Notes under the pieces: model-generated
Seen by the model: the letters and a program-made list of their open reading frames with translations, nothing else
Databases searched by the model: none
What the model was told of the DNA's origin: nothing
Source of the DNA: Macrostomum hystrix
Lineage: Eukaryota; Animalia; Platyhelminthes
Assembly: GCA_950097015.1 (NCBI GenBank)
Contig: CATNEN010000007.1
Span: 1,054,001-1,118,000, forward strand
Length of the DNA: 64,000 nucleotides
Direction: 5' to 3'
Shown: piece after piece, positions 13,641 to 25,295 of the stretch
How positions within the stretch are numbered: the first letter of the stretch is position 1
Layout: each line of letters begins with the position of its first letter
Translations under genes and position numbers: made by a program

Positions 13641-15870
13641 AACACCTCATAACACCCTACTCAAATACGCCTCTCATAACACCCTACTCAAAGACGCTTA
13701 TCATAACACCCTACTCAAAGACCCCTCTCATAACAGCCGTCTCAAAGACCCTTCTCATAACATCCGACTCAAAGACGCCTATCATAACACCCTACTCAAA
13801 GACCCCTCTCATAACACCCTACTCAAAGACGCCTATCATAACACCCTACTCAAAGACCCCTCTCATAACATCCGACTCAAAGATGCCTATCATAACACCC
13901 TACTCAAAGACACCTCTCATAACACCCTACTCAAAGACACTTCTCATAACACCCTACTCAAAGACGCCTATCATAACACCCTACTCAAAGACACCTCTCA
14001 TAACACCCTACTCAAAGACACCTCTCATAACACCCTACTCAAAGACACCTCTCATAACACCCTACTCAAAGACACCTCTCATAACACCCTACTCAAAGAC
14101 ACCTCTCATAACATCCGACTCAAAGACCCCTCTCATAACACCCTACTCAAAGACACCTAACATAACACCCTACTCAAAGACACCTAACATAACACCCTAC
14201 TCAAAGACACCTATCATAACACCCTACTCAAAGACCCCTATCATAACATCCGACTCAAAGATGCCTATCATAACACCCTACTCAAAGACACCTCTCATAA
14301 CATCCGACTCAAAGACCCCTCTCATAACACCCTACTCAAAGACACCTAACATAACACCCTACTCAAAGACCCTATCATAACATCCGACTCAAAGATGCCT
14401 ATCATAACACCCTACTCAAAGACACCTCTCATAACACCCTACTCAAAGACACCTCTCATAACATCCGACTCAAAGACCCCTCTCATAACACCCTACTCAA
14501 AGACACCTAACATAACACCCTACTCAAAGACACCTATCATAACACCCTACTCAAAGACGCCTATCATAACACCCTAGTCAAAGACGCCTATCATAACACC
14601 CTACTCAAAGACCCCTCTCATAACACCCTACTCAAAGACGCCTATCATAACACCCTACTCAAAGACCCCTCTCATAACATCCGACTCAAAGATGCCTATC
14701 ATAACACCCTACTCAAAGACACCTCTCATAACACCCTACTCAAAGACACTTCTCATAACACCCTACTCAAAGACGCCTATCAAAACACCCTACTCAAAGA
14801 CACCTTTCATAACACCCTACTCAAAGACACCTCTCATAACACCCTACTCAAAGACACCTCTCATAATACCCTACTCAAAGACGCCTATCATAACACCCTA
14901 CTCAAAGACGCCTATCATAACACCCTAGTCAAAGACGCCTATCATAACACCCTACTCAAAGACCCCTCTCATAACACCCTACTCAAAGACGCCTATCATA
15001 ACACCCTACTCAAAGACCCCTCTCATAACATCCGACTCAAAGATGCCTATCATAACACCCTACTCAAAGACACCTCTCATAACACCCTACTCAAAGACAC
15101 TTCTCATAACACCCTACTCAAAGACGCCTATCATAACACCCTACTCAAAGACACCTCTCATAACACCCTACTCAAAGACACCTCTCATAACACCCTACTC
15201 AAAGACACCTCTCATAATACCCTACTCAAAGACGCCTATCATAACACCCTACTCAAAGACACCTCTCATAACATCCGACTCAAAGACCCCTCTCATAACA
15301 CCCTACTCAAAGACACCTATCATAACACCCTACTCAAAGACCCCTTTCATAACATCCGACTCAAAGACCCCTCTCATAACATCCGACTCAAAGATGCCTA
15401 TCATAACACCCTACTCAAAGACACCTCTCATAACACCATACTCAAAGACACCTCTTATAACACCCTACTCAAGGACCCCTTTCATAACATCCGACTCAAA
15501 GACCCCTCTCATAACATCCGACTCAAAGATGCCTATCATAACACCTTACTCAAAGACACCTCTCATAACACCCTACTCAAAGACACCTCTCATAACACCC
15601 TACTCAAAGACACCTCTCATAACACCCTACTCAAAGACACCTCTCATAACATCCTACTCAAAGACACCTCTCATAACATCCGACTCAAAGACCCCTCTCA
15701 TAACATCCGACTCAAAGACACCTCTCATAACACCCTACTCAAGGACACCTCTTATAACACTCTTCTCAAAGAACCCCTCAAAGACTCAAAGACACCTCTC
15801 ATGACACCCTACTTAAAGACACTCTTTATTGCACCTTACTCAAAGACTCCTCTAATAAAAGCCTACTCAA
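13641..15870. repeat. 27-bp minisatellite (ataacaccctactcaaagacacctctc), ~80 copies, in kelch intron
   Basis: Visible array with degenerate edges. The rare variant ccctagtc recurs at a 351-bp (13-unit) offset. Confidence 0.97.
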
Positions 15871-15904
15871 AGATTGCTTAAGATTTATTGCAAAAAGTTT
15901 CCCC

Positions 15905-15971
15905 TAGCGCCGAGATGGGAACTCTTGACCTTCCTGACGTCCAAAGCTGTCTCCACTAGGCTACAACCTCT
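15905..15971 (-). mobile_element. SINE family A 5' head fragment
   Basis: Reverse complement begins agaggttgtagcctagtgg, identical to the start of the 60273 copy, and has a decayed B box. Confidence 0.65.
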
Positions 15972-16741
15972 TCCTCCCTACTCACTCAGGATTCTTATAA
16001 AACATAGCAACAGTTTAGTAACTAAGCGAGTCGTAAAGTAAAGTGTACAATATTATAATCTTCAATGGATAGCATGGAAAGCTCAGAGCTGTGACGAGAA
16101 TAAATCTCTGTGGGGTATTCTAAATATTCTTGAATGTTTCCCAAACTCTCTTATCGCATCAACAAAATGGGATTATTCTGCTAGGCTATTTCAGGCAATC
16201 CCGATAAGGCAACCAATAAAGCAAATATGCAGGCATACTGCAGTGCCCTGTGTGCTCACTGTGTACATTGCTCCGAAATCCCAGAGCAGGTAAAAGGCCT
16301 CAATCTCTTCCCTCAGCCGCCCCAATAGCTAATAAAGGCAATCATCCGGTTGCCATGGCAACCGTTGCAGTGTTTTCGGCCTCGACTAAAGTTGACTGGG
16401 TGAACGACGGGACGAGAGTAGATTGGGGAAGAGCAGGGAAGGGAATTGCGAGCAAACTCATTGTGAATTGAGTTTTGGCTTTGTTCTTTTGACTACAAAA
16501 TCTGGGGTGACTTTGACGCGCTGAAAACAATCTTCTCTATTGCCCACTCACTGGGATAAACTCTATAAAGGTCGCGAAAGAATATAGTTTTTGTGTTTTT
16601 TTTCTGTACTTATCGTTTTTTAATTCATATAAATCATATCTCGACTATACTACTGAGAGCATTTCTTTGCTGAGTAGACTGTTTGGAGCATACATTTATA
16701 AATACTTGATTTTTTCTTGGTTATCAATTCTCTCCTTGTAG

Positions 16742-17580
16742 TTCAAATGGTTAGAACTTCGGACTTCTAACTCAGTAGACATGTTATTCTGGTTTTATTC
16801 TTCAAATAAGCAATGCACCGCTCTTCTCCCGCCTCCCGCAGTCAGCGCAGCGCAGCCAGCGCCAAGGATTCCGGCTATTCCAGCTGCCTGCTCGACACCC
16901 TGGAAGACGATGAGCTGGCCTCGGCTGCCAGCAGTTCCATCGCCGTCATTAGAAAAACTAGAAACGCAGAAAACAACGCCAACAGCGACCTGATTGAATT
17001 TGACGGTGACGAATGCGACTGTTGCAATGTGGCAGCTGCGGCCTCCTCTCCGCTGAGGCTCGAGGATCTGGAGGACTGCCCGGATTTGTTCAGCTTGTCT
17101 TCGGCTGCTCTGATTGGTCGCCACGTGCGTGGCGCTACACCCGCCCCGCGCCATGACGAGCTAGAGCTGCAGCCAATCACAGCGGAGCCACCGGCCCCTA
17201 GCGCTGTCTGCGCTGCTGGCACCTGGGCCTTCACCAACCAGTCGCTCTCTGTGTCTTCCTTCGGCTCCCGCTGCGGCCAGCTCGACGCCAGTTGTAACTT
17301 CAGAGCCGAGGATTTCGATTATCAAGACGACGATCTTGTGGATGAAGAGTACTCCGATAGCGACGATGATGGAGCTGCGTGGTCTGAAGACTCCTCAGCT
17401 TCTTCGTCCTCCACGAGGTCTGGGTATTTTCAGCCCCCATCGGCGGAAGCAGCAGTGACAACAGCAGCTGCTGCAGCGGCAGCGGCGGCTGCCACTGTGT
17501 ACTGCCTAGGAGCGCCGGAGAATGGCATCGCCAATCACTGCTTGCTGGTATGGCGCGGCTGCATCACCTACTCATCTTAG
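16742..17580 (+). CDS. Probable terminal exon(s) of the kelch gene: S/D/A-rich low-complexity tail
   Basis: GC-rich ORF 16811-17580 with acceptor ttcttcaaataag. Phase with the 13532 donor is restored only through an 8-nt exon at 16742-16749. The joined CDS is 45+1214+8+770=2037 nt (679 codons). It could instead be a separate gene starting at ATG 16813. Confidence 0.6.
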
Positions 17581-17646
17581 TCAGTAGTATAGTCCGTTCG
17601 TGAAATATCTACGCTAAAGCCCAAATCAACTGGGTCTTTTGACATT

Positions 17647-20540
17647 CTCCCAGATGCTTAGATTAGGAAGGCCATCCTCCCCGATCCTGAGATAAGGAAG
17701 GCCAACCTTCCAGATCCTCAGATTAGGAAGGCCATCTTCTCAGATGCTCAGATTAGGAAGGCAATCTTCTCAGATCCTCAGATTAGGAAGGCAATCTTCT
17801 CAGATCCTCAGATTAGGAAGGCAATCTTCTCAGATCCTCAGATTAGGAAGGCAATCTTCTCAGATCCTCAGATTAGGAAGGCAATCTTCTCAGATCCTCA
17901 GATTAGGAAGGCCATCTCCCCAGATCCTGAGATTAGGAAGGCCATCCTCCCAGATGCTCAGATTAGGAAGGCCATCTTCCCAGATCCTGAGATTAGGAAG
18001 GCCATCCTCCCAGATCCTGAGATTAGGAAGGCCATCCTCCCAGATCCTGAGATTAGGAAGGCCATCTTCCCAGATCCTGAGATTAGGAAGGCCATCCTCC
18101 CAGATGCTCAGATTAGGAAGGCCATCTTCCCAGATCCTGAGATTAGGAAGGCCATCCTCCCAGATCCTGAGATTAGGAAGGCCATCTTCCCAGATCCTGA
18201 GATTAGGAAGGCCATCTTCCCAGATCCTGAGATTAGGAAGGCCATCCTCCCAGATCCTGAGATTAGGAAGGCCATCCTCCCAGATCCTGAGATTAGGAAG
18301 GCCATCTTCCCAGATCCTGAGATTAGGAAGGCCATCTTCCCAGATCCTGAGATTAGGAAGGCCATCCTCCCAGATCCTGAGATTAGGAAGGCCATCTTCC
18401 CAGATCCTGAGATTAGGAAGGCCATCCTCCCAGATCCTGAGATTAGGAAGGCCATCTTCCCAGATCCTGAGATTAGGAAGGCCATCTTCCCAGATCCTGA
18501 GATTAGGAAGGCCATCCTCTCAGATCCTGAGATTAGGAAGGCCATCTTCCCAGATCCTGAGATTAGGAAGGCCATCCTCCCAGATCCTGAGATTAGGAAG
18601 GCAATCTTCTCAGATCCTCAGATTAGGAAGACCATCTTCTCAGATGCTCAGATTAGGAAGACCATCTTCTCAGATGCTCAGATTAGGAAGACCATCTTCT
18701 CAGATGCTCAGATTAGGAAGGCAATCTTCTCAGATCCTCAGATTAGGAAGGCAATCTTCTCAGATGCTCAGATTAGGAAGGCAATCTTCTCAGATCCTCA
18801 GATTAGGAAGGCAATCTTCTCAGATCCTCAGATTAGGAAGGCAATCTTCTCAGATCCTCAGATTAGGAAGGCAATCTTCTCAGATCCTCAGGTTAGGAAG
18901 GCAATCTTCTCAGATCCTCAGATTAGGAAGGCCATCCTCCCAGATGCTCAGATTAGGAAGGCCATCTTCCCAGATCCTGAGATTAGGAAGGCCATCCTCC
19001 CAGATGCTCAGATTAGGAAGGCCATCTTCCCAGATCCTGAGATTAGGAAGGCCATCCTCCCAGATCCTGAGATTAGGAAGGCCATCTTCCCAGATCCTGA
19101 GATTAGGAAGGCCATCTTCCCAGATCCTGAGATTAGGAAGGCCATCTTCCCAGATCCTGAGATTAGGAAGGCCATCCTCCCAGATGCTCAGATTAGGAAG
19201 GCCATCTTCCCAGATCCTGAGATTAGGAAGGCCATCCTCCCAGATCCTGAGATTAGGAAGGCCATCTTCCCAGATCCTGAGATTAGGAAGGCCATCTTCA
19301 CAGATCCTGAGATTAGGAAGGCCATCCTCCCAGATCCTGAGATTAGGAAGGCCATCCTCCCAGATCCTGAGATTAGGAAGGCCATCTTCCCAGATCCTGA
19401 GATTAGGAAGGCCATCTTCCCAGATCCTGAGATTAGGAAGGCCATCCTCCCAGATCCTGAGATTAGGAAGGCCCTCTTCCCAGATCCTGAGATTAGGAAG
19501 GCCATCCTCCCAGATCCTGAGATTAGGAAGGCCATCTTTCCAGATCCTGAGATTAGGAAGGCCATCCTCTCAGATCCTGAGATTAGGAAGGCCATCTTCC
19601 CAGATCCTGAGATTAGGAAGGCCATCCTCCCAGATCCTGAGATTAGGAAGGCCATCCTCCCAGATCCTGAGATTAGGAAGGCCATCTTCCCAGATCCTGA
19701 GATTAGGAAGGCCATCTTCTCAGATGCTCAGATTAGGAAGACCATCTTCTCAGATGCTCAGATTAGGAAGACCATCTTCTCAGATGCTCAGATTAGGAAG
19801 ACCATCTTCTCAGATGCTCAGATTAGGAAGGCAATCTTCTCAGATCCTCAGATTAGGAAGGCAATCTTCTCAGATCCTCAGATTAGGAAGGCAATCTTCT
19901 CAGATGCTCAGATTAGGAAGGCAATCTTCTCAGATGCTCAGATTAGGAAGGCAATCTTCTCAGATCCTCAGATTAGGAAGGCAATCTTCTCAGATCCTCA
20001 GGTTAGGAAGGCAATCTTCTCAGATCCTCAGGTTAGGAAGGCAATCTTCTCAGATCCTCAGATTAGGAAGGCCATCCTCCCAGATGCTCAGATTAGGAAG
20101 GCCATCCTCCCAGATCCTCAGATTAGGAAGGCCATCCTCCCAGATCCTCAGATTAGGAAGACCATCTTCTCAGATGCTCAGATTAGGAAGGCAATCTTCT
20201 CAGATCCTCAGATTAGGAAGGCAATCTTCTCAGATCCTCAGATTAGGAAGGCAATCTTCTCAGATGCTCAGATTAGGAAGGCAATCTTCTCAGATGCTCA
20301 GATTAGGAAGGCAATCTTCTCAGATCCTCAGATTAGGAAGGCAATCTTCTCAGATCCTCAGGTTAGGAAGGCAATCTTCTCAGATCCTCAGGTTAGGAAG
20401 GCAATCTTCTCAGATCCTCAGATTAGGAAGGCCATCCTCCCAGATGCTCAGATTAGGAAGGCCATCCTCCCAGATCCTCAGATTAGGAAGGCCATCCTCC
20501 CAGATCCTCAGATTAGGAAGGCCATCTTCTCAGATGCTCA
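17647..20540. repeat. 30-bp minisatellite (agattaggaaggccatcttcccagatcctg), ~96 copies, starting ~65 nt after the kelch stop codon
   Basis: Visible array with block structure. 19801-20160 is repeated at 20161-20520. Confidence 0.98.
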
Positions 20541-21130
20541 TATCGGTTTATTTCGTCCTCAGAATGTCAGCCGCATATTTTTGTGCTAACATCCAACGCG
20601 GCGAGTTTGTTCCGTCCTTTTGTTTGTTCCGCCATTTGATTGGACTTCTAATTCCATTTTGGCGCTTTCAAATCTAGTGATAGACAGTATATGGTTGTGT
20701 GTTTGTGTGTTTCTTGGGTCAATTTTTCCTGCCATCAGGAAATTGTTGACCAAAGATAAACAAATTACAGGCAATCTGCTTAATTGCGCGAATCTTCTTC
20801 TGTGATTAATTTTTTTGCGAAAAAAAAATTTACAGTTAAAAAAATCTCTATCAAATTTACACTTGGCTTACATTTATTAAGTTTCTATCTGCCAACTAAA
20901 ACTAGTTATATACGTTATAGCTAATATCCATATATATCCATATGCACCTACCAGTAAGTCGTCGGTCTTGGTTACCAATCTGTAATTCAATGCGAGAAGC
21001 TTAGAGATCAAAATTGTTAAGTTGCGTATCACACCAGAAAATTCCGTTAAAAACTGTGAGAGATACATGTGACCAGAGCAATATTGAGCTAGTTTATTGT
21101 TTTGTCCATCTAATGTTATAAAATAACGAA

Positions 21131-21447
21131 TTAAAGGAGGGCTGCGGGCAATGACACATCATTTGGTGACACTAGACCCGCAGCCAGCGAGGAGGCAATT
21201 CTGCCCCATTCTCAGCACACACGCACACAGGTGTGTACATCTGGCCTGACTTTCTCATCGTCAGGCAGTGTACACTCTCACTGTGCCTTGGAGGTTGGCC
21301 CTTAAGGGCGTAAATTGCACGACAAGCCCCCAAGCCTTCTCTCCGCGGCTGCGCCCCAAATAAATGTGGCCTCGCCGTGGAATCGAACTTAGGGACCTTG
21401 GTGCGAGAGGCAAACGCGATAACCGCTCTGCCATCGACCTCCTTTAA
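21131..21447 (-). mobile_element. Family B element: tRNA-like head, TTAA at both ends, short TIR (TTAA|AGGAGG...CCTCCT|TTAA)
   Basis: 21131-21140 ttaaaggagg is the exact reverse complement of 21438-21447 cctcctttaa. The minus strand begins ggaggtcgatggcagagcggtt (A box) and contains aagttcgattcc (B box). Related copies lie at ~24611, ~24901, ~27315 and ~36541. Confidence 0.8.
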
Positions 21448-23269
21448 CCGAGCTTACAAAACTACTGACTATCTACCTAATTGTTTCCTTGACAACAAGC
21501 GGTCCCCTGTGTCTTGACAGCTTTTGTTGTAGCGCTAATGTTTTTCTCTGGTGTACTGAAATATTTCTTCAGTTTTTGCTTGTAATCAAAAATTCAAACA
21601 GCAAAATAGAATTGGCTGGTATATCTTGATTCTTGAGAATCTATTTTCAATTATACTTCACTGTCCTGTGATTTATGCATGCAAACAAAACTACGAGATA
21701 TTATATGGTATTATATGCTATAGAGTGATCGAATTTTTTCAAATGTTTTACATATTATACGTAGGTTTAGTATTTGACATGCAGTCTTAAAATTTCAATT
21801 TAAAAGTTTTTTCTTCCGTCCAGATCGCTTAGTTTTATGAAGCACACTTAATGCTATCCTACATAATAGGGCATTCATATTCAAATTTACGCCAACTTTT
21901 CCTACATTTTTTGATTTGTTGATTCGATTTTTAAACTTGGAAATGTTTAAACAACTACTCGTCGACAGCCAGAAGTCTTAGTAAAATTTTCAAAAAGTAC
22001 AGGGATATAGACAAGAATCCCGCGCCAGCCAATCAAAAACCGCTTCCAGGGTACAAGGCTTGAGGTAAAGCGAATGAAAACCTCTGATGGGGTAGAGAAC
22101 AAAGATAAGAAAATAGCGACAGCCAATCAGCGCGGTGCCACATTAATATATGCTGTGCGCACAAAGAAGCTTCAGTCCACAGTGTATGCTTATCAGTCAA
22201 GTGCAATATTTATTTTACATAGTTGTAAAAGTATCCTGTTCCGTTGTCAACTGTTGCCTTTTTGAAAGTGATTTATCTTTCTATCATTATAAGCTTATTG
22301 TGCCAGAAAATTCCTTATGCGCACAAAAATTGTGTAATTTAATGGCTTTGTGATTGCTTTTGCTTTTCTAAGAAATATTTTGTTACAGATCTACAAACCT
22401 AAATAAATAGTATAAATAATTCTATTTTTCTGCACCACATTCGAATCTCTTTTCTATCTTTTTCTCTTGGCTTACTAAGTTTAGCTAGTGTGTAGATTCT
22501 AACTTAGTCGTTAGAGCTTCAAATTCTGACAGAATGGTCGGGAGTTCTAATCGCAGCATCAGCTGTACAGTGGTTGCACTACACTGCGGCTGTGTTATTG
22601 GCTGTATATATGGTCCAAGAATAGTTAATTATACTATCTCTCTAAGAACTGTAATTACTGCTCAAAAGCCGAAAGTAGTGTTTATCCGTGTTGTTTTAAT
22701 GAAGTAACTGATTTGTATGTACAGCAAATAACTGACCAGTCCTTAGTGCATTTTTAATTACCTCTTGATAACTAAATTCTCCCTGGTATATTTAAATAGG
22801 TCGCAGAGTTAACTCTGCAAGTCAAAATAAGACTGATTTTAGACTAAACCAAAGATTGTATTCGCACTTGATCCACATCGAAATGCCTGTTTCCATGCAC
22901 TCAATTCTGCTCAAATTCAGCCAACTCGCTTGCAGATTCCCCTGAGGCTTCTAATGCAATTCTTCCTTGCTTGTTCCTCTTCCTCTTTCTATCTTTCTCG
23001 TGTCACACCGGCCCCTTAAATCGGGCCCTGGTCTGCTAACTCTGCTACGGGCCTCATTTCCTGCGAGTTAGCTGGGCCCGCTCCTCCGACCAGCAGCCCA
23101 CCTCACCTCCTCCTCCGTCCCCGCCCGCAACCCGCCCTTTCCGTTCTGCTCCGTTTGTTTCAGTTCGTTAGCTTTCTTCTGGGGATAATTCACCTGTGAC
23201 TGGCTATCTCATAGCCTTTTCTACTCCCCAAATCGAACACGTAATGACATCTCTGTTTCCTCGATCATA

Positions 23270-24245
23270 TCTCTCTCCCCGCCTTTTCTCTATTCCTATC
23301 TATCCCCTGATCTTTCCCCCCTGTCTCTCCCCTCCTTTCTCCCTTCTTCTATCTCTCTCCCCTCCGTTCTCCCTGTCTCTCTCCCCTCCATTCTCCCCCT
23401 GTCTCTCTCCCCTCCATTCTCCCCTCTTCTATCTCTCTCCCCTCCGTTCTCCCCCCTGTCTCTCTCCCCTCCGTTCTCCCCCTGTCTCTCTCCCCTCCGT
23501 TCTCCCCCCTGTCTCTCTCCCCTCCGTTCTCCCGGTCTCTCTCCCCTCCGTTCTCCCCCCTGTCTCTCTCCCCTCCGTTCTCCCCTCTTCTATCTCTCTC
23601 CCCTCCGTTCTCCCCCTGTCTCTCTCCCCTCCATTCTCCCCCTGTCTCTCTCCCCTCCGTTCTCCCCCTGTCTCTCTCCCCTCCGTTCTCCCCCCTGTCT
23701 CTCTCCCCTCCGTTCTCCCCCTGTCTCTCTCCCCTCCATTCTCCCCCTGTCTCTCTCCCCTCCTTTCTCCCCGTCTCTCTCCCCTCCATTCTCCCCCTGT
23801 CTCTCTCCGCTCCTTTCTCCCCCCTGTCTCTCTCCCCTCCATTCTCCCCTCTTCTATCTCTCTCCCCTCCGTTCTCCCCCTGTTCTCTCCCCTCCGTTCT
23901 CCCCCATGTCTCTCTCCCCTCCATTCTCCCCCTGTCTCTCTCCCCTCCGTTCTCCCCCCTGTCTCTCTCCCCTCCGTTCTCCCCCTGTCTCTCTCCCCTC
24001 CATTCTCCCCCTGTCTCTCTCCCCTCCTTTCTCCCCGTCTCTCTCCCCTCCATTCTCCCCCTGTCTCTCTCCGCTCCTTTCTCCCCCCTGTCCCTCTCCC
24101 CTCCATTTTCCCCTCTTCTATCTCTCTCCCCTCCGTTCTCCCCCTGTTCTCTCCCCTCCGTTCTCCCCCTGTCTCTCTCCCCTCCATTCTCCCCCTGTCT
24201 CTCTCCCCTCCATTCTCCCCTCTCTCTCCTCTCCATTCTCTCCCC
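23270..24245. repeat. Polypyrimidine/polypurine minisatellite (~tgtctctctcccctccgttctcccccc, variable 24-30 bp)
   Basis: About 1 kb of almost pure C/T on the + strand. The overlapping P/S/L and R/G/E ORFs are compositional artefacts. Confidence 0.95.
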
Positions 24246-24610
24246 TGTTTTTAGATTCAGTGCACAAGCCGCAGTAGTTTTTCATTTTCCGTAATTTTCA
24301 AACAGCCCGCCCGGCCTGTGTTTCTTTCCTTTCACTTTTCCCTAACTCAAATCCCTTCTGGGAAGTCCTGGGATTAGAAATTCCGAATCGAAGACCTGTT
24401 TTGCATTTTCCGACCATACAGCCAGTCGCAAGCATATAGTTTATAGACTACAAAGTGTGTTTCTTCGCAGCTGTTTGACAGCCTAGTTTTAAAATCTGCA
24501 TGACTAGTCTCATGATTAGATTGAAGGAATATTTTGTCTCCGCCTTAATATTTTAGAACTTAAAAGCAATGTCCTTGGTGTCAAGTGCTGAACGTGACGC
24601 TTAAATAAAA

Positions 24611-24841
24611 TTAATAATGGGGCTGTTGTGACCCCCGAGCACACAAACACAGATATTGTACGCATGCACACACTCACACAGGGTGTGTACATCTGTCCTG
24701 GATAACTATCTTATAGCCAGGCACTGTACAATCTCACTGTGACTTGGATATTGACCCTCAAGGGATTGCACAACAATTGCCGCGGATTCGAATTCAGCAC
24801 CTTAGTGCAAGAATCGGACGAGTTACTGTTCCACCACTTAG
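24611..24841 (-). mobile_element. Family B element, diverged and internally deleted copy
   Basis: Shares gtgtgtacatctg..aggca.tgtaca..ctcactgtg.cttgga and a B-box remnant (gattcgaattc). Left end ttaa, right end ccaccacttag. Confidence 0.65.
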
Positions 24842-24900
24842 GCTTGACTATGAACTTTCTGGAAAATAGGAAAATTTGCTGTCCAAATGCCTGACTCAAA

Positions 24901-25210
24901 CTTTAAGTTGCGCGACAGATACTGACTAGAAAGGGTAGACCCAGGTCCTGAGCTCGATTCCGCAGTGAAGCCACATTCATTTGGGGCGCAGCCAGGGGGG
25001 CAAAAGCTTTGGGGCAAACAACGGCCTTGAGGGCCAACCTCCAAGGCACAGTGATAGTGTACTCGTACACTGCCTGACGAAGAAAAAGTCAGGGCAGATG
25101 TACACACCTGTGTGAGTGTGTGCTCAGGAGTCAACGGTAGGAGCAGCATTTTTCTGGCTGGCAGCGGGTCCGCTGTCACCAAATTTTGTGTCAATGCACA
25201 CATCCCTCCA
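24901..25210 (+). mobile_element. Family B element, sense copy immediately upstream of ARH3
   Basis: gagctcgattccgcagtgaagccacattcatttggggcgcagcc..gggccaacctccaaggcacagtga..gtacactgcctgacg..gtcagggcagatgtacacacctgtgtg..tgtcaccaaa matches the reverse complement of 21146-21443. Confidence 0.8.
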
Positions 25211-25295
25211 GCCAATTCTATTATTATAATAATTACATTTTCTAGAAATTAATGGAACCTCCATCGATTGCAGCTTCTCTGGCATCCCCCATCCG

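Noticed and set aside
23196-24277. P/S/L-rich and R/G/E-rich ORFs of 250-350 aa
   Set aside because: They are a consequence of the C/T-only composition.
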